Assembly (NCBI RefSeq): GCF_006345805.1
Contig: NC_043012.1
Location: 20,770,001 to 20,834,000, forward strand
DNA from: Octopus sinensis
Taxonomy: Eukaryota
DNA length: 64,000 nt
Direction of reading: 5' to 3'
Both the position numbers and the translations under genes were made by a program. Positions 26,334-40,222 of the stretch are shown here, one piece after another (within the stretch, counting starts at the first letter, position 1; every line of letters starts with the position of its first letter). Below the pieces are notes generated by a model. That model did not search any database, had not been told where the DNA came from, and saw only the letters and a program-made list of their open reading frames with translations.

Positions 26334-27635
26334 GAAGAGAGAGAGAGGGGACGTTAAACACGCACTATTACACTACTACAGATTTTGGAAACAATCATTA
26401 TCATACTTGGTACAAATTACTCGAATCCAATAAGAATATGCACCTTGAAAATTGATTGATTGAATAATAGAGTCTTTATTCCAGTCAATCAGTTTGAAAG
26501 AAAACGCACATTGTTTGCACTCCTAAGTCGATTCATTCTCCATTCTGTTTGTACGTACCGGAGTGCGTCTCAGGTTCTTCTTCTTGCTATTATACCTCTT
26601 GCCTCTAAATCTAATGTCCACCTTCACTATTATCATAATGATATTTTGGGCGTGATTTGATTTTCGTACACGTAATTCTCTTTCCCTTAGATCTTTATTA
26701 TTCCTAACCAATTCCGATAAAGACTATTTTATTACCGTGCGTTTTTCTTTTCTTGTTCTTATCTTTACGATTATTCCTTTGTTGTGGGTTTAGTTATCAT
26801 TGTGGTGGTGTGATGCTGAATGTTATTATCATTATGCTAGTCGCATACTATTATTTTTCATTTAGTTTGCTGTATTAAATACAACTCAAAATATTTTGTA
26901 TGAATTTTCCTGTGTTTATAACAGAATACAATTTATTGTTTCGTTTCTTCCATTGTAACATATTACACTGAGTGACACCACATAAAGCTTCAACAGAAAT
27001 TCTTTTGCCAGGTTTTAACATTATTGATTCGTTATTTTCTTTTCTTTGTGTGTTTGGAGGCGTTGTTTGCAACAGATTTCACTTCCTTCAAATAATTATT
27101 TATTTGCACTAAATATTATAAGAAACGAACCAAATTTACAAACTCGAAATAACCAAGTCTGCTATATCAGAGACGTACACGGATTTACTTCCTGAAAATT
27201 AATTGGAGCTAATGGATACAGAATTTTACTGTAATTGAATCATACAAAATCTCTAAAGAATAAAACATAACTTGAATTATCGCTTGAATTACAAACAGCA
27301 AATTCACACCCCAGCCCCACCCCATTTGGTACGTTCTATTTTTAACTTACCTTGAAATGTTGAGCTTTTTTTGTCTTAATCACAATTTTATCATTACCTT
27401 AATGAATCATTTCCTTCAACAGACGCTTTGTTTTTAATTAAACTTTTTGCCCTTTACATTAACCATATTACCATGTGCTTTCCCTGTGTAAAGTGTCCCT
27501 GGATATTTTCGCCAGATTTAATTATATAATATAGTTTTGGAACTTGTGACTCGACTATAATCCTAACAATGGGCGTTGAGATCGATGAAATGCTTACTAA
27601 CGAACAGGTTTTCTATATAACAATATAAAACAATG

Positions 27636-27976
27636 TGACCCCCTTCGGTCACGACACTGACCATGGGTTTGCACCTAGAGACTTACCCTCTGAAGCACAA
27701 GTCTGGGCAAGGTTGTTTTTTTATGGAAGACCAGCAGTCGCCCATGCATACCGGCCTCCTCTCTCCACGTCACCGATGTTGTCCAAGGGAAAGGCAAGGG
27801 CCGATACAGCTTGGCACCTGTGACGTCGCAACTCATTTCTACAGCTGAGTGAACTGGAGCAACGTGAAATAAAGTGTCTTGCTCAAGAACACAACACGCA
27901 GCCCGGTCCGGGATTCGCGCTCACAACCTCACGATCGTAAGCTCGACGCTCTAACCACTGAGCCACGCGCCTTCAC
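27636..27976 (-). mobile_element. tRNA-derived SINE (family C), full length
   Basis: Head GGCGCGTGGCTCAGTGGTTAGAGCG...GCGAATCCCGGACC and central TTGAGCAAGACACTTTATTTCAC..CAGCTGTAGAAATGAG. Perfect 11-bp TSD ATAAAACAATG at 27625-27635 and 27977-27987. Confidence 0.9.
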
Positions 27977-28747
27977 ATAAAACAATGACTCAGTATATAT
28001 TTAACTGACTTTCACCAAGCGGTACCGTAATTGCATCCAAACAGTATTCAAAAACACGCTTTATCTATGTAAGAGAGCTCATTCGAATTGTCTCTTTCTT
28101 GAGTAATTAATTAACAAATAACAATTCCGAATATCATTGTTACTGTCTTTGGTGCTCTTCTTGGTATTGTTGGGTTTTTTTTAATCTCCTGTTTTGGGGC
28201 AGATTATGTTCAGCCGTGATTGTAACACCTTTTTCAGATAGTGTGTAGTAAACCATACCATACAGCATGAATTTCATCCTTTAAAATACTAGGAGGCATT
28301 TTAAGGGAAATTCGACACTCTTTAAGTAGTTCGGAATATCACAAAGATTCCCTGTTGGAGAGAACAGAACATGAGCAGTTGAGGCGCCCTTACATGCTTT
28401 TTAAACTGGACAGGTGATCTTTCAGGTCAGTTATTTAAGTTGCCAAACTTTGACATGTAAACGATAAACAAACACTTAGAAACCTCAGTTATTTATGAAG
28501 TAGTCTATCGATGGCTTAGTGAAGGGAAGATCGATGTGGCCAATCAATATAGATGGGTTGCCGAAACTTAAGGTTGAATAAAGGTCGTCGACGTAAAGGC
28601 TGAAATGTCAACATTTAATCATGAACCTGTGAAGTCACTACCCTTCCAGAAATACTCAAGTTTCCATCAAATCACACACTCAACGGTATTAAAAAAGCGA
28701 AAGACGTATAACATAACGTACTTCTACCTAAAACCCGTCACTGAGTT

Positions 28748-28855
28748 GTCTTCCTTTTTGTTTGGTATCTGTTTTTCTTAAGATCACTTTATTCAATGTT
28801 TTCTTTTCTATAGGACAGTTGACTCTGATCTGAGGGCGGTTTAGCTACAATTAGT

Positions 28856-28907
<52 letters not shown>

Positions 28908-29316
28908 AGAAAGAAAGAAAGAAAGAAAGAAAGAAGAAAGAAAGAAATGAAATAGTGACATCATGGGTTTGATATCAGAAAAAAATTGCTGATTTCCGGA
29001 AGCTTATCCGCCATGTTGTTATAGCCTGCAAACAAGCAAAGTACAATACGTCTCTCCAACAAAATGTGAAGCAGATACAATTAATGCCAGGAAATGGCAA
29101 AAGGGAACGCTAAATTGCAAACTAATCCCCCTCGAACAGGAGCTAAAAGCTATCAGTGAGAAACTCCGGCATCAGAGAAGAGGAATCAGAAGCAAAATGA
29201 TATACAGAAAATTGTCTTTCTTCTGTTTGTCATCTGTTTTACTTGAGATATCTTTATTCAATATTTTCCTTGCTATAAAACAATTGACTTTGATTTGAGG
29301 GTCCTTTAGCTACGAC
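28748..29316 (+). repeat. Diverged ~105-bp direct repeat pair (28748-28852 and 29215-29316)
   Basis: ATCTGTTTT..CTTTATTCAAT..TTGACT.TGAT.TGAGGG...TTTAGCTAC is present twice, roughly 75% identical by eye. Confidence 0.65.
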
Positions 29317-29956
29317 TTTAAGCAGTTTGAATGACCGTGCAGAAGTACTCTCTCTGTCCTCTCACTTGCATCTGTTATGCTATTACTTAGTATCTTATCA
29401 GCAACGATGGAAAAGTCCTTTAAGAAAATGTATGTAATTCTTGATCACCTGTTAGTTTATTCACAGCAGTGTATCTTAGTATATCTAATGCTTCCTACGT
29501 TTCAGAGACTCTAGATCCTGATTTACACAAACTTGGCTCCTATTTCTAGCAAGCAGAATGAGTGCACACTGACGCCCCTCAGGTGAAGAGTCTGAAACTG
29601 TTTACAATATATTGTAAAAGTTGATCACAAATGTATCTCAGCATGTATTGCCTCGCTAAATACATTTCTACATTTCCTGATGTTACTAATACGTCAACAC
29701 AGCATGGAAATTATTATAAGTATAATATGACGAAGTATTTTATAAGTTTAAAAAAGAACTTTAGTCTTCTGGTGAATCATTTCCGAACTCAGCGTCAGCA
29801 CGACGCTGGCTTCGTCATTACTAGTTTCGATCTTTATTCAGTTCTCCAGAAATCTTCTTTAAGTGCAGTCGCCTTGTAGCCGAGAATGAAAAGCACGTAC
29901 ACAATCATACACACAGACATACATAGACACACGCACACACACTCATTATATATATG

Positions 29957-30036
<80 letters not shown>

Positions 30037-33000
30037 CACACATACATGTGTGTGTGTGTGTGTAAGATAAGCACGTAGGTAAGCGTGGTAATTAACTTGC
30101 AACTGTGCATACGACAGACGTTAACAAATAACGAAGAATCAAAAATGTAAAACATTCAGAAGAAGGCAAACATTGTTATATTTCGTAAGTGTGTTTTCTC
30201 TGTAAAACGGAGCGCATGAGAACGTGATGTAAATATCTGCCATTTATTTGTTCAAAGATTATATTCGTTTTGGTACATTTTGTTTTTGAAATAAGTTGTC
30301 TGTTACGGTCAATGATTTGAAAGAATTGATGGAGCAACGAATAAAATTATCGTATGATATTTAGCTACTTTCTGTACATTAAGGGTTCAAATTCCATTGA
30401 GGGCAACATCGACATTCATTTTTTAAGGATCGATAAAATAATTACTGATCAAACACTCATCGATTTAATGGATAATAAGCTCTCCATAATTTGTGGAATT
30501 GTGCCAATGTTAAAAATCAATACAATTTACTTTGCAGACATCTAACACGAATCAAACAAAAAATTATTGTAACTGAGCTAAGAGAGCATATGATTGGAAG
30601 TATGATTATTGCCGTCTCTGTTATCGCTACCACACGTATTACTGCGTATGATGATAACAAGCAAGAGGGAAATTTCGTTTGAAATTCTCAAGTATTTACT
30701 TTTGGGTATTGAGTTAAAGTGATATTACAATTTATGTTTTAAATTAATTGATTAGGCTTCGATATATATTATCGAAAATATCTTGGCAATAATACTTTTT
30801 CTTTAAATTTCACTGGCTGCATTGCTATGAAATTATTAAAAATTATAAGTTACACGCTTTACTGAAATATTTGATTAAAAAGAGTTTCATATACTAATAA
30901 GGGTAAAATTGTTTCATCTTATTATGAGGGTGTTGTTGGGTAGGATATGAAGTTTCACTAGATCTAGAAACTACAAAGAGAAGTAACTTGCAAGAATCTT
31001 AGTCTCAAAAACACACCAGGAACTGTATACTCACAAATATACATATGTTACTTCTGTATATTATTCCGATGAAAGTGCACCTGAAATGTATGCCGTCTCC
31101 ATGTTCCACTACCTTAACAACTCTATACTAAGCCAATCAAAATATCTACCCCAATACACTTTTGAAACACACCAAAGTTTGCTACAACACTGGCAAAACT
31201 TTCCCCGTAACATAAAGCTCAATCATACAAAATTGTCTCAGGGAAATTTGGAGGTTTGGGGTTTCTATTCCACTGTTTATCACCATCGACTTTATTTTCT
31301 GTTACAGCCGCGATTCAAATAATTACTTACGAGGAAAATTTAGTAGACGGTAACCGTATTGGTTACGTATCAGATGAACTGTTCTTGTTTTGGGGAGGTG
31401 GACATATTTTGAATGCTTCACAATAGTCGGTGTTTTGTCAGTATTGCAAGTATTCGTGTATGGACACCACTCAGACGATAATCCTTCCTCCCAGCAATCT
31501 TGAAGGCATTGAGAAGAGCATTGTCTTTCCTTCTTCGACTAAGTGGTATATTTTTGTCACAATTACAAGTTATCTTGACACCATTATATCTGCAATGCAC
31601 CAGAATTCTGCTTCAACAGCGATGAACATCGCCTCAAAAATTATATATCTCTGTCATGCTCAAACATCCATGTACGTTACACTGGAATTATGATCCACCA
31701 CCAGTTATCCACAGCCCCTAAATCGATATTCAATCGCCCAGAAATATCTGGAATGCGATGGCAACATGACATAACTACACTACAAAAATACACTACACAA
31801 CGCTGTGAGTACGAATTTGTGAAGCATTTTGGGTAAAAGTTTGACCATATCCATAAATCGGACTTAGTCTTTTATGTACAGTTATGTAGATATAAAAGAA
31901 AAAAACGCCAAGATTCCATTATTCTTTCTTTTGTAGCCAACGAAATCAATCGATATATATTGAGCATTTGACAGTTGGCTGCATTTAGTGGTGTCAACTT
32001 ACATGCATTGCGATCAGGACAGAATGGGAGTATATCTTGATCGATATTTCCTACTTCAGGAATACATGAGTGGTTGTTTCTTATTTTGGCTCCCTGTAAA
32101 ACAGAATGTAGCTTCCGTTTTCCCCCTTAATAGAGGGAGCAGTTTACAAATCATAAATTACATCTGATTATTGATTTTACTTTTATTACAATGGATGATC
32201 ATCTCTCAAATTCCTCCCAACAAATTTTAATTGAACGCTTTCTATCTACGTTAAAGACAGATTAGAAATAATTAGAATGAAAATCCCGTTCCCTAAAATA
32301 TCAGTTTGTTTCCTATCTTATAATATATAATCCTTACTTAATTAAAAGGATACCGGTATCTATTTGTTTAATCTTCTTATTAAAAGGCCAAACTGAAATG
32401 TGATGTATTTCCCCGTGAAGTGCGTTCCCAACAAAGCCAGAAAACGTTTAAGCAATATGTGTGGAATAATGTTGAATGAATGCTTTGGAAAAGTATATAA
32501 AGAGGTGGCTGAGATGGTTGAAACCCAATATTTCATAAGAAATGACAAAGTAAATCAAAACAAATGTGTCCTTTCTTACTTCGGACGATGAAACATCACT
32601 CTTATAATATTCTATCCATATTGCCTGTTTAATTATTCCTTATCACAGAATCTTTAATACTCTTAATTTACGAGAGATTTTCAAATGATCTTAAACATTT
32701 GTCAGTGGCATTGTCATGTTAACAACGGTCGATCGTTTTGTTTGCTTACTAAAAACATTTCCACAGATTGTTTTGTGAAAAGAGAAATAATAATAAAACA
32801 TTCAACTTGGGAATTTTTAGATGCTGCGCAGCATACATTAGCTCTCTTTAAAAGCAACGTCAAGCACACATTTATAGAAAGATATTTGTAACATTACAGT
32901 GAAAGTGGCATCATGCCAACAAATCGGTGTCCTTATAGTACAATTGATTATATAAAATGGGTAAAAGCTGCATGAATTTAACCTTTCTATTTTGTGAATG

Positions 33001-34553
33001 ATAAATATATACTACATAGTTTAGCTGCAAAGTTCTAATTCATTAAGCAGCGCCATGAACTAAAGGAAGTTCAGTTACACATTTCAAATCAAACTTTTGT
33101 GATAAATGAAATTCTATTGAATTTTAGTTTAATAGTTTGATTTAGGAATAAAGCCACAATTGTACTTGAGACAACACAAGTGTAATATTTTATATCAAGT
33201 GTTAGTCATTTCTCTAAAACTGATGAAATAGATACGATTTCTCGCTCAGAAGGCTCCCTAAGAAGAAAAACGCTGAATCTGTCTGTTTTGTGTTTTGAAA
33301 TCAATCTTTTCTAGGAAATTGGAAAACAGGAAAATTTAACAAATGTAATGTATTTATAAATTGTCGGGCGCAATCTACTTTACTAAATAAGAAAGAAAGA
33401 AAACGCCGTGGGATTAATCTATGTTTTTAGAAAACTCCAATGCCTGATATTGCGAATATGTAAGTTTGTATGTTCTTTAGACAAAAATTATCGACACAAT
33501 GAGAGCCTCTAAAACAAGTTGTTCATGGTTTATGTCCCATCGGTTCTGTAGGACAGTTTTGGAAAGCAAATCATTGCACCTAATCTCTTAACACTAATCA
33601 TAATTACACATCTGTAACCAGAGAGTGTACACTTTAATGTACTGAGAGTATCTAGAAAAGGGATCCAATAGTTAATATTATTCCTAATGGACAATGGCAT
33701 TTGATCTGGGCATATGTCATTGGAACAAGCCAACATTGATGGTTATTGTGCCAAATTCTCTGCCCATCACGAAACGGTTAAAATTCAGGATGAAGGCCTT
33801 TCAAGACTCATTTAAATATAAATACTTGAAATAGAACGAGACTACCCATGATTTAGTCTTAATCCATTCGTATAAAATACGTAGCCTATCCTTAAGAGAG
33901 ATCAATAATGCTACTTAATTATTTCGCCCTCGCGTTATCGATAATGCATTAATGTACACATATACTAAATATATGCCAACATAATCTCTAGAATTATAAA
34001 GTGTAGATGAATGTTTCCACATATTCTCCAAGTCATGTGAATGCATGCACCTTGAATGATGCATTTAACGTATTTCAAAGTCCATTTCCATCTTAATGGA
34101 ATATTTCTTTATATTTAATAGGATAATTGAAATATTTCGAGAGTTGTCCTGCGAAATATATATGTTTCAAAACTTATTTGACTTAATTTTGACCTTAGAA
34201 TTTTCTTGAACACGCAATAGTATTAAATTAAAATTAGGAAAATATTGAAGCCTAGTACTAAGAGAACTCGGGTTCAATTGCACTGCATTGCACCTAAGGA
34301 AATGTCTTCAGTTAAGGAGTAACAAACGGTAACAGAAGGACTTAACACACACAAATAATAGGAAGAGAGGAAGATAGATACAGAGGGTGATAGAGAGAGA
34401 GAGAGAGAGAGAGAGGAAGATAGATGTGTGTGCAGTGAACAACATAATGAAGTCGAAGGTTGAAAGAGACAACCACTGTAGATATTTTAACAATGGATTC
34501 AATAAGGACGAAGTAGATTGCAGAGGAGCAATGCTAACGTGGCATTTCCATTC

Positions 34554-34586
<33 letters not shown>

Positions 34587-34693
34587 AAGAGAGTGAGAGA
34601 GAGGGAGATAGATATAATTTATATATATATATATATATATAGGAGAGGAAATATATATATGTATGTATACATATATATATAAACACACACTCG

Positions 34694-34726
<33 letters not shown>

Positions 34727-34908
34727 TTATATACAGACATACACACATATATAGACCTAGCTAGACAGATACATACGTACTTATCTATGTTCATATAGAT
34801 ACATATACGCATATATATTAACAAACATATGTATATATACATACATACATACATATATATATATATATAGTTACTGAGGTGACTAAGAGTGCTATTCAGA
34901 TCCAGGCG

Positions 34909-35273
34909 TGTTAGAAATAAGAGTCAGAACAACTCTTAGCCACGGGGAAGCCCTTATTGTATGATTGATAAAGGAGACAATCTCCCTACAGCTAGAAATA
35001 CAGACCCAGATCACCCATGATCTCGGATTTAATTAATCCTCCTCAATGACTCTCTGCTGGTTGCCAAGACTTAAAACTAAACTAGGCATGTAAGTTTATA
35101 GGGAATGCTGGTGCTAGCTAGCATCCTTGCTCACCTTAATGACGTTTATAGTGTGTCTTGTGTGTGCCTTTCGGTTGTAAATTGTGAATAAGCCATCTTT
35201 ATTATTTCTAATTTTCACTTCTACCTTTATAGAATCAGCCTCTGATTCCTACGTTATTCTCTATAAACTGACA
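34909..35273 (+). mobile_element. LTR-like repeat (TGTTA...TGACA), unclassified
   Basis: TG..CA ends, a U5-like AATAAGCCATCTTTATT segment that recurs at 35483-35516, and a 5' end homologous to 57928-58062. No TSD or PBS found. Confidence 0.45.
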
Positions 35274-35293
35274 CGAGGAGGTAGCTTTAAGCC

Positions 35294-35347
35294 TCGGCAA
35301 TGGGGTAAAAGCCACTGATGAGGATTAATTAAATCCGAAGTTGCCGA
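35294..35347 (+). ncRNA. Type III-like hammerhead motif, degenerate
   Basis: UCGGCAAU ... CUGAUGA (35315-35321)-GGAUU-aauua-AAUCC-GAA-GUUGCCGA. Helix III is 8 bp between the flanks. Helix I and the cleavage site are damaged. Confidence 0.55.
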
Positions 35348-35560
35348 TGATCTGGCCCTGCCTCGCTTGCTGTTGGGTGGTTGCCTCCCTTTTCAGTCAT
35401 TAGATAAGTGCCTCTCCACGACTAAGAGTTGTGTTGACCAGCACCCTTATTCACCTTAGTGATATCTATACATATATCTTTTGGTTGTAAATTGCGAATA
35501 AGCCACCTTAATAATTATATATATACATACATACATACACACATATATATACATACATAC

Positions 35561-35594
<34 letters not shown>

Positions 35595-36482
35595 TGCTGC
35601 GCAGGCATGGTCACGGACTAATGAATGAATCAAGTAAAAGTTAAAAGGTATGAAGATATGTGTATTGATATGTGTATAGATAGATAGATAGATAGATGTG
35701 TTTGTTTAGATGGTACTATATTTTCTTGTGTCACTTTCCTAATTTGCATTTAAGTGATCTGAGACAGATATTTGCATAACCTACATTGTCATACGACTTG
35801 TAAACACAGACAACTGTCTACATCAACATCAACCCAATCGGTTCTCCACCATCGCTCACAGAAATAACAAGCAATTCATGTGTAAAGCGTATCATGGGGC
35901 CGTATATTCATAAGAGGTTTGGTGGGGGGTAGGTCCTTTGAATTTGTTGCACAAAGCAGGCAATCAATAACAACACACGCGAATATACTTCAGCATCCAG
36001 TGAAACAAGTATATCACTATTCTACAACAATAATGCTTATCTAAATAAATGACCGAACTTGTCATGTCTCGCTATTAAAACATAATGGCCATAACATATC
36101 AAGTGACGCATTTAAAACATTAATGTCCACTAAGGAAAAATGTGTCTGTAGTACAGGCGTATTTTACACCGATCTTCTACACCTAAAATCAAAATATCAC
36201 AATATATTTGTACACATACTGGAAGAAAAATAGCCCTAAACAAGATGAATAGCTTGAGCACAAAACTCCGGCAAATTCCAGATATATTCAGAAAACGAAT
36301 GTCGTATAAAATTGAGATAGTGGAATATGAACTGTGAATATGGAACGGACACTTACATTCACTTAGTTCGTTATTAATGTATTTGTGCATATTCATACAC
36401 ACACACACACACAGACACGCACACATATATATATATATATATGTATGTATGTATATGTATATATGTATGTATATGTATATAT

Positions 36483-37400
36483 ATACATATGTTTCTTTGT
36501 AACTGGAATTGTATAGACTCCTTCGCACTCTGGTAAATCTGCAGCCATCTTCTAATGGCCGTCCCACTTTTCACTGCTCACAGGAAGTGTCTTCTTCAAA
36601 CGGATCTGCTCTCTTGAACGCACGAAGGTAATGAAATCTCTGGTTGGTTTCTTCAGTGGGTTTGTGTCACTGTTATTGAAAGAAATTTGGTTCTTTAGAG
36701 CATTGAAGAAGACCTTAAGGGCCAGAATGTGTCTCCATGTATATCTATTCAATATCAGTGAACAGCTGGAAATAATATATTCCAGTGTTCCGACTTTTCT
36801 GCAACTGCATTTATCATTCTCTGAGACGATCTATGTTTCTAGGTTTGTAGCCGATGGCAAGACATCGTAGGATGAACGAATCAGAAAACTTAGACATGAG
36901 GTAGTCCACTTCCATATTTCATTCAAACTTATTTTTCTCTCAACAACGTGTTCCTCTCATATCGTGATCTCTTCATCTTGAGAGAAGTGAATAAATTGAA
37001 GCTCTCTTTCTCTTTTTCTCTTGCGTTGATGCTAATGCAAAGAAAAATCTGCATTCGCTCCACATCATACTTGAAAACGGTCTAAAGCGATCTGCGCCAA
37101 ATCAAAATCTCTTCCGATGAATTCACGTGGCTCCCACCACATCTCGGTGGTGAAGTGAAGACAAGATGTCATTAGTGTCTGCTTCTGCTTTCTACTTCCT
37201 CGCTGCGCTTGCATCTTGTGGATTACATCTAAGTTTTATGTCTTTTGAGTCTCTCAGCACCAGCACCACCCGTTCCTTCCCTACTACAGAAATGTCAACT
37301 GTTGATGACAGTGGTAACACAACGATCGTCAGAGTCGATAAACTTCGAACAAACGAAAAGAACCTAGAAATACTTGAACCAAAATTCTTGTAGATTTGTT
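36483..37400 (-). mobile_element. RLE-type non-LTR retrotransposon (HERO/NeSL-like), 3' ORF fragment
   Basis: Minus strand translates LVLRDSKD...ARK*KAEA..LHHRDVVG and LNEIWKWTTSCLSFLIRSSYDVLPSATNL..KCSCRKVGTLEYIISSCSLILNRYTWRH. These match the FLIRSxYDVLP motif, CCHC finger and RYTWRH motif upstream of a restriction-like endonuclease. Confidence 0.8.
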
Positions 37401-37930
37401 CAAACTATACAAATGTCATGCAAAGAAGATCGCTCTAATGAGATCAAATAACAAAATGTTTAAACAATATAGCCATAGCAACTTGGTGTCATGAAAGCAA
37501 GAGACATATTTCGATCGTATGAGACAGCTTCTGCCACATACATTCGAAAATCTAGGCAGTATTAAGAAAGATGACTATATAAATATAGACGGAATGCAGC
37601 GACGCTGATCATAAATTAGTGATGTCGATGGTATTTTTATCGACAAAAGTTAAATACAGAGAAAAAAGAGTAGACCCTGCATTTAAATTTAAAAAATCTA
37701 TTTAAATATATTTGCATTAATTTCAATATATATTTACATTTTGAAAATTATAATCGATAGTTTCTGAAAGATGGTGTTATCAGGGAAAACTTACGTTAAA
37801 ATGTAGATATATTAGTAAATCACATATCTACACGCATACTTACCGTATTTCTATTGATGAATATGATATATATATATATGATGGTATGTATATACCCAAA
37901 TATTTCTATGCGTATATATATATTATTTAT

Positions 37931-37964
<34 letters not shown>

Positions 37965-38891
37965 ATGCGTATATATGTGTATATATATTGTAATATATAT
38001 ACATAATATGTACGCATATCTATGTATATTGGTATGTTTGTATGTATGTATGCAAGTTTGTATGTATGAATGTACGTGTGTACGAATGCACATATGTATG
38101 ATTGTACGTATTATATATGTAGGTAAGTACGTAGGTAGGTAGGTAGGTAAATAGATAGGTATAATGACCCTGGAGTTTTCGGTGTAATTGACTAGAATAG
38201 ACGAATAACTGTGTACAGAAATGTAGATTACGCATACATAATTATACAATTACAAAGATTTGCATAATTCGCAAGTAAAATTCTACAAACTCATATAGGT
38301 ATATAGATCATATGCCTGTGTACGTATAATCCGCGTGTATGTGTGTGTGTATACATGTAAATGTATATTCTTATATATATATATATATATATATGTAAAC
38401 ATATATCATGGCTTATATACTGCCGCGTAGGCATATATATATTCCCACATACAGAAAAGACACCTCACTCATACACACACGTTTGCGTGATTATAACTAC
38501 ATACAGCGACGTATAGCCTATCTATTTTTGTATGTATGTATGTATATGATGGAGCATAGTTTTACTTGTGCATAATATAATTTGCTGTAATTATATAATT
38601 ACATAAATGTTTGTGTAATCACCGATTTTCTCATTTGAATTAAAGTCTATTTTTAATTTTTGTAACGAAAGAATATATATGTATGTATATATATATTGGG
38701 GTGGGGAGCGATTGTGTCTGTGCGTGTGTGTATGTGTGTGTGCGCTTGTAAGTTTGTATATATTAATATAGGTAGGTATGTTGGTATGTAGGTAATTAAG
38801 TAGGTGTATATATGTTCATACGCGCGTTTGCGAAGGCCAGTGTATACATACATACGCATGTGTATATTTGTGTCTGAATTTATATACATAC

Positions 38892-38947
<56 letters not shown>

Positions 38948-38991
38948 ATATATAGCTATATATATATATATATATGTATATCTACATATAT

Positions 38992-39110
38992 ATATTGTTA
39001 TATTTCGGAATGGCTGCCAGTTTAGCCAATAAAAACACACGCACTATATATAGTGCGTGTGTTTTTATTGGCTAAACTGGCAATATGAACATTCCGAAAT
39101 ATAACAATAT
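38992..39110. repeat. Palindrome: perfect 68-bp core (39015-39082) plus 21-bp outer arms
   Basis: TGCCAGTTTAGCCAATAAAAACACACGCACTATA|TATAGTGCGTGTGTTTTTATTGGCTAAACTGGCA. Outer arms ATATTGTTATATTTCGGAATG and CATTCCGAAATATAACAATAT. Confidence 0.95.
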
Positions 39111-39240
39111 TTGTTTCAACACACGACTTCACATGAAAAATCTTGCACAACAAATATTTAAACGTACATATATATAGATATCTGTATATATATATATATA
39201 TTATATATATATATATATATCTATATATATATATATATAG

Positions 39241-39274
<34 letters not shown>

Positions 39275-39329
39275 GATTCTTAAAGAGGACAACAAACGTT
39301 AAGGCAAGACAAACATCTCCAGTTATATA

Positions 39330-39360
<31 letters not shown>

Positions 39361-39611
39361 GGAATAATTTAAAATCTTACACTAACTTCTGGAATATATA
39401 CCCGAGTATGGAATATTCCGTCACTAGAGACAAATAGGGAAAAATCGGGAAAAATGAGAGGGGGTATATATATATATTGAATCACGGGAGTTAAGGAATG
39501 TGGAGTTCAAGAAAGAGAATAAAAAAGAAGCATAACTGTTTATAGTTCAACTTTCCGATGATATAGAAACAAATGCATAAGTCGTTACTCGAGGATATCC
39601 CAGAAAGTGGT

Positions 39612-39646
<35 letters not shown>

Positions 39647-39712
39647 CCTCGTGTGTACCGTTGGCGATTTTTTTCCTCCGTCTTCTCTTCTTTGGATCTT
39701 TCCTTTTCCTAT

Positions 39713-39747
39713 GTTTCTGACGAAGAGCTCCGCTTGAAACGTTAAAC
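39713..39747 (+). ncRNA. Minimal type I hammerhead (Penelope-type) inside a ~39640-39840 repeat
   Basis: GUUU-CUGACGA-A-GAGC-UCC-GCUU-GAA-ACGU-U-AAAC. Helix I is 4 bp and helix III is the palindrome ACGU. Confidence 0.7.
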
Positions 39748-39855
39748 CCTCCTTCTTTCCTGAGCGTCCAATAATACTATATTTGTTCTACGTCCTCGCG
39801 TTAATGTGTTTTCTTTTTGTGTTTTCATGTTTGGATTAACTTATATATACATATA

Positions 39856-39895
<40 letters not shown>

Positions 39896-40222
39896 CGCGT
39901 GTTTATCTATGTGCGTGTGCGTATGTGTGCGCGCGTGCGTGTATTATACTATATCTTGTACAGCCCTTGAATATTGAGTACACCCTTGAATATTCATTAT
40001 CACTCTCTTTCTGGAAACTAACAAGGTGACCTCTACATAGTTGCTTCTCATCCTACAAATACCACCCACATCCCCCCCTTATTCTCTGAAACAAGAACAT
40101 GGCCATCGAACAATAGGTTTCAATATAACTCTCGATTCTAATGATCTCCATCATAGGTCTACCCTCGCACGCCCATCCTAGGCCATAGCAACAATGTTAA
40201 CAACATCCTGTATAATACAGCC

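Noticed and set aside
31308-31540. Possible exon fragments on either strand, including a Cys-rich minus frame (QCSSQCLQDCW..EWCPYTNTC) ending at GTAAGT
   Set aside because: The acceptor is weak, the plus- and minus-strand candidates conflict, and no family assignment is supportable.
32360-32560. Minus-strand FLALLGTHF, faintly like a PLE linker
   Set aside because: Too short and unsupported by flanking motifs.
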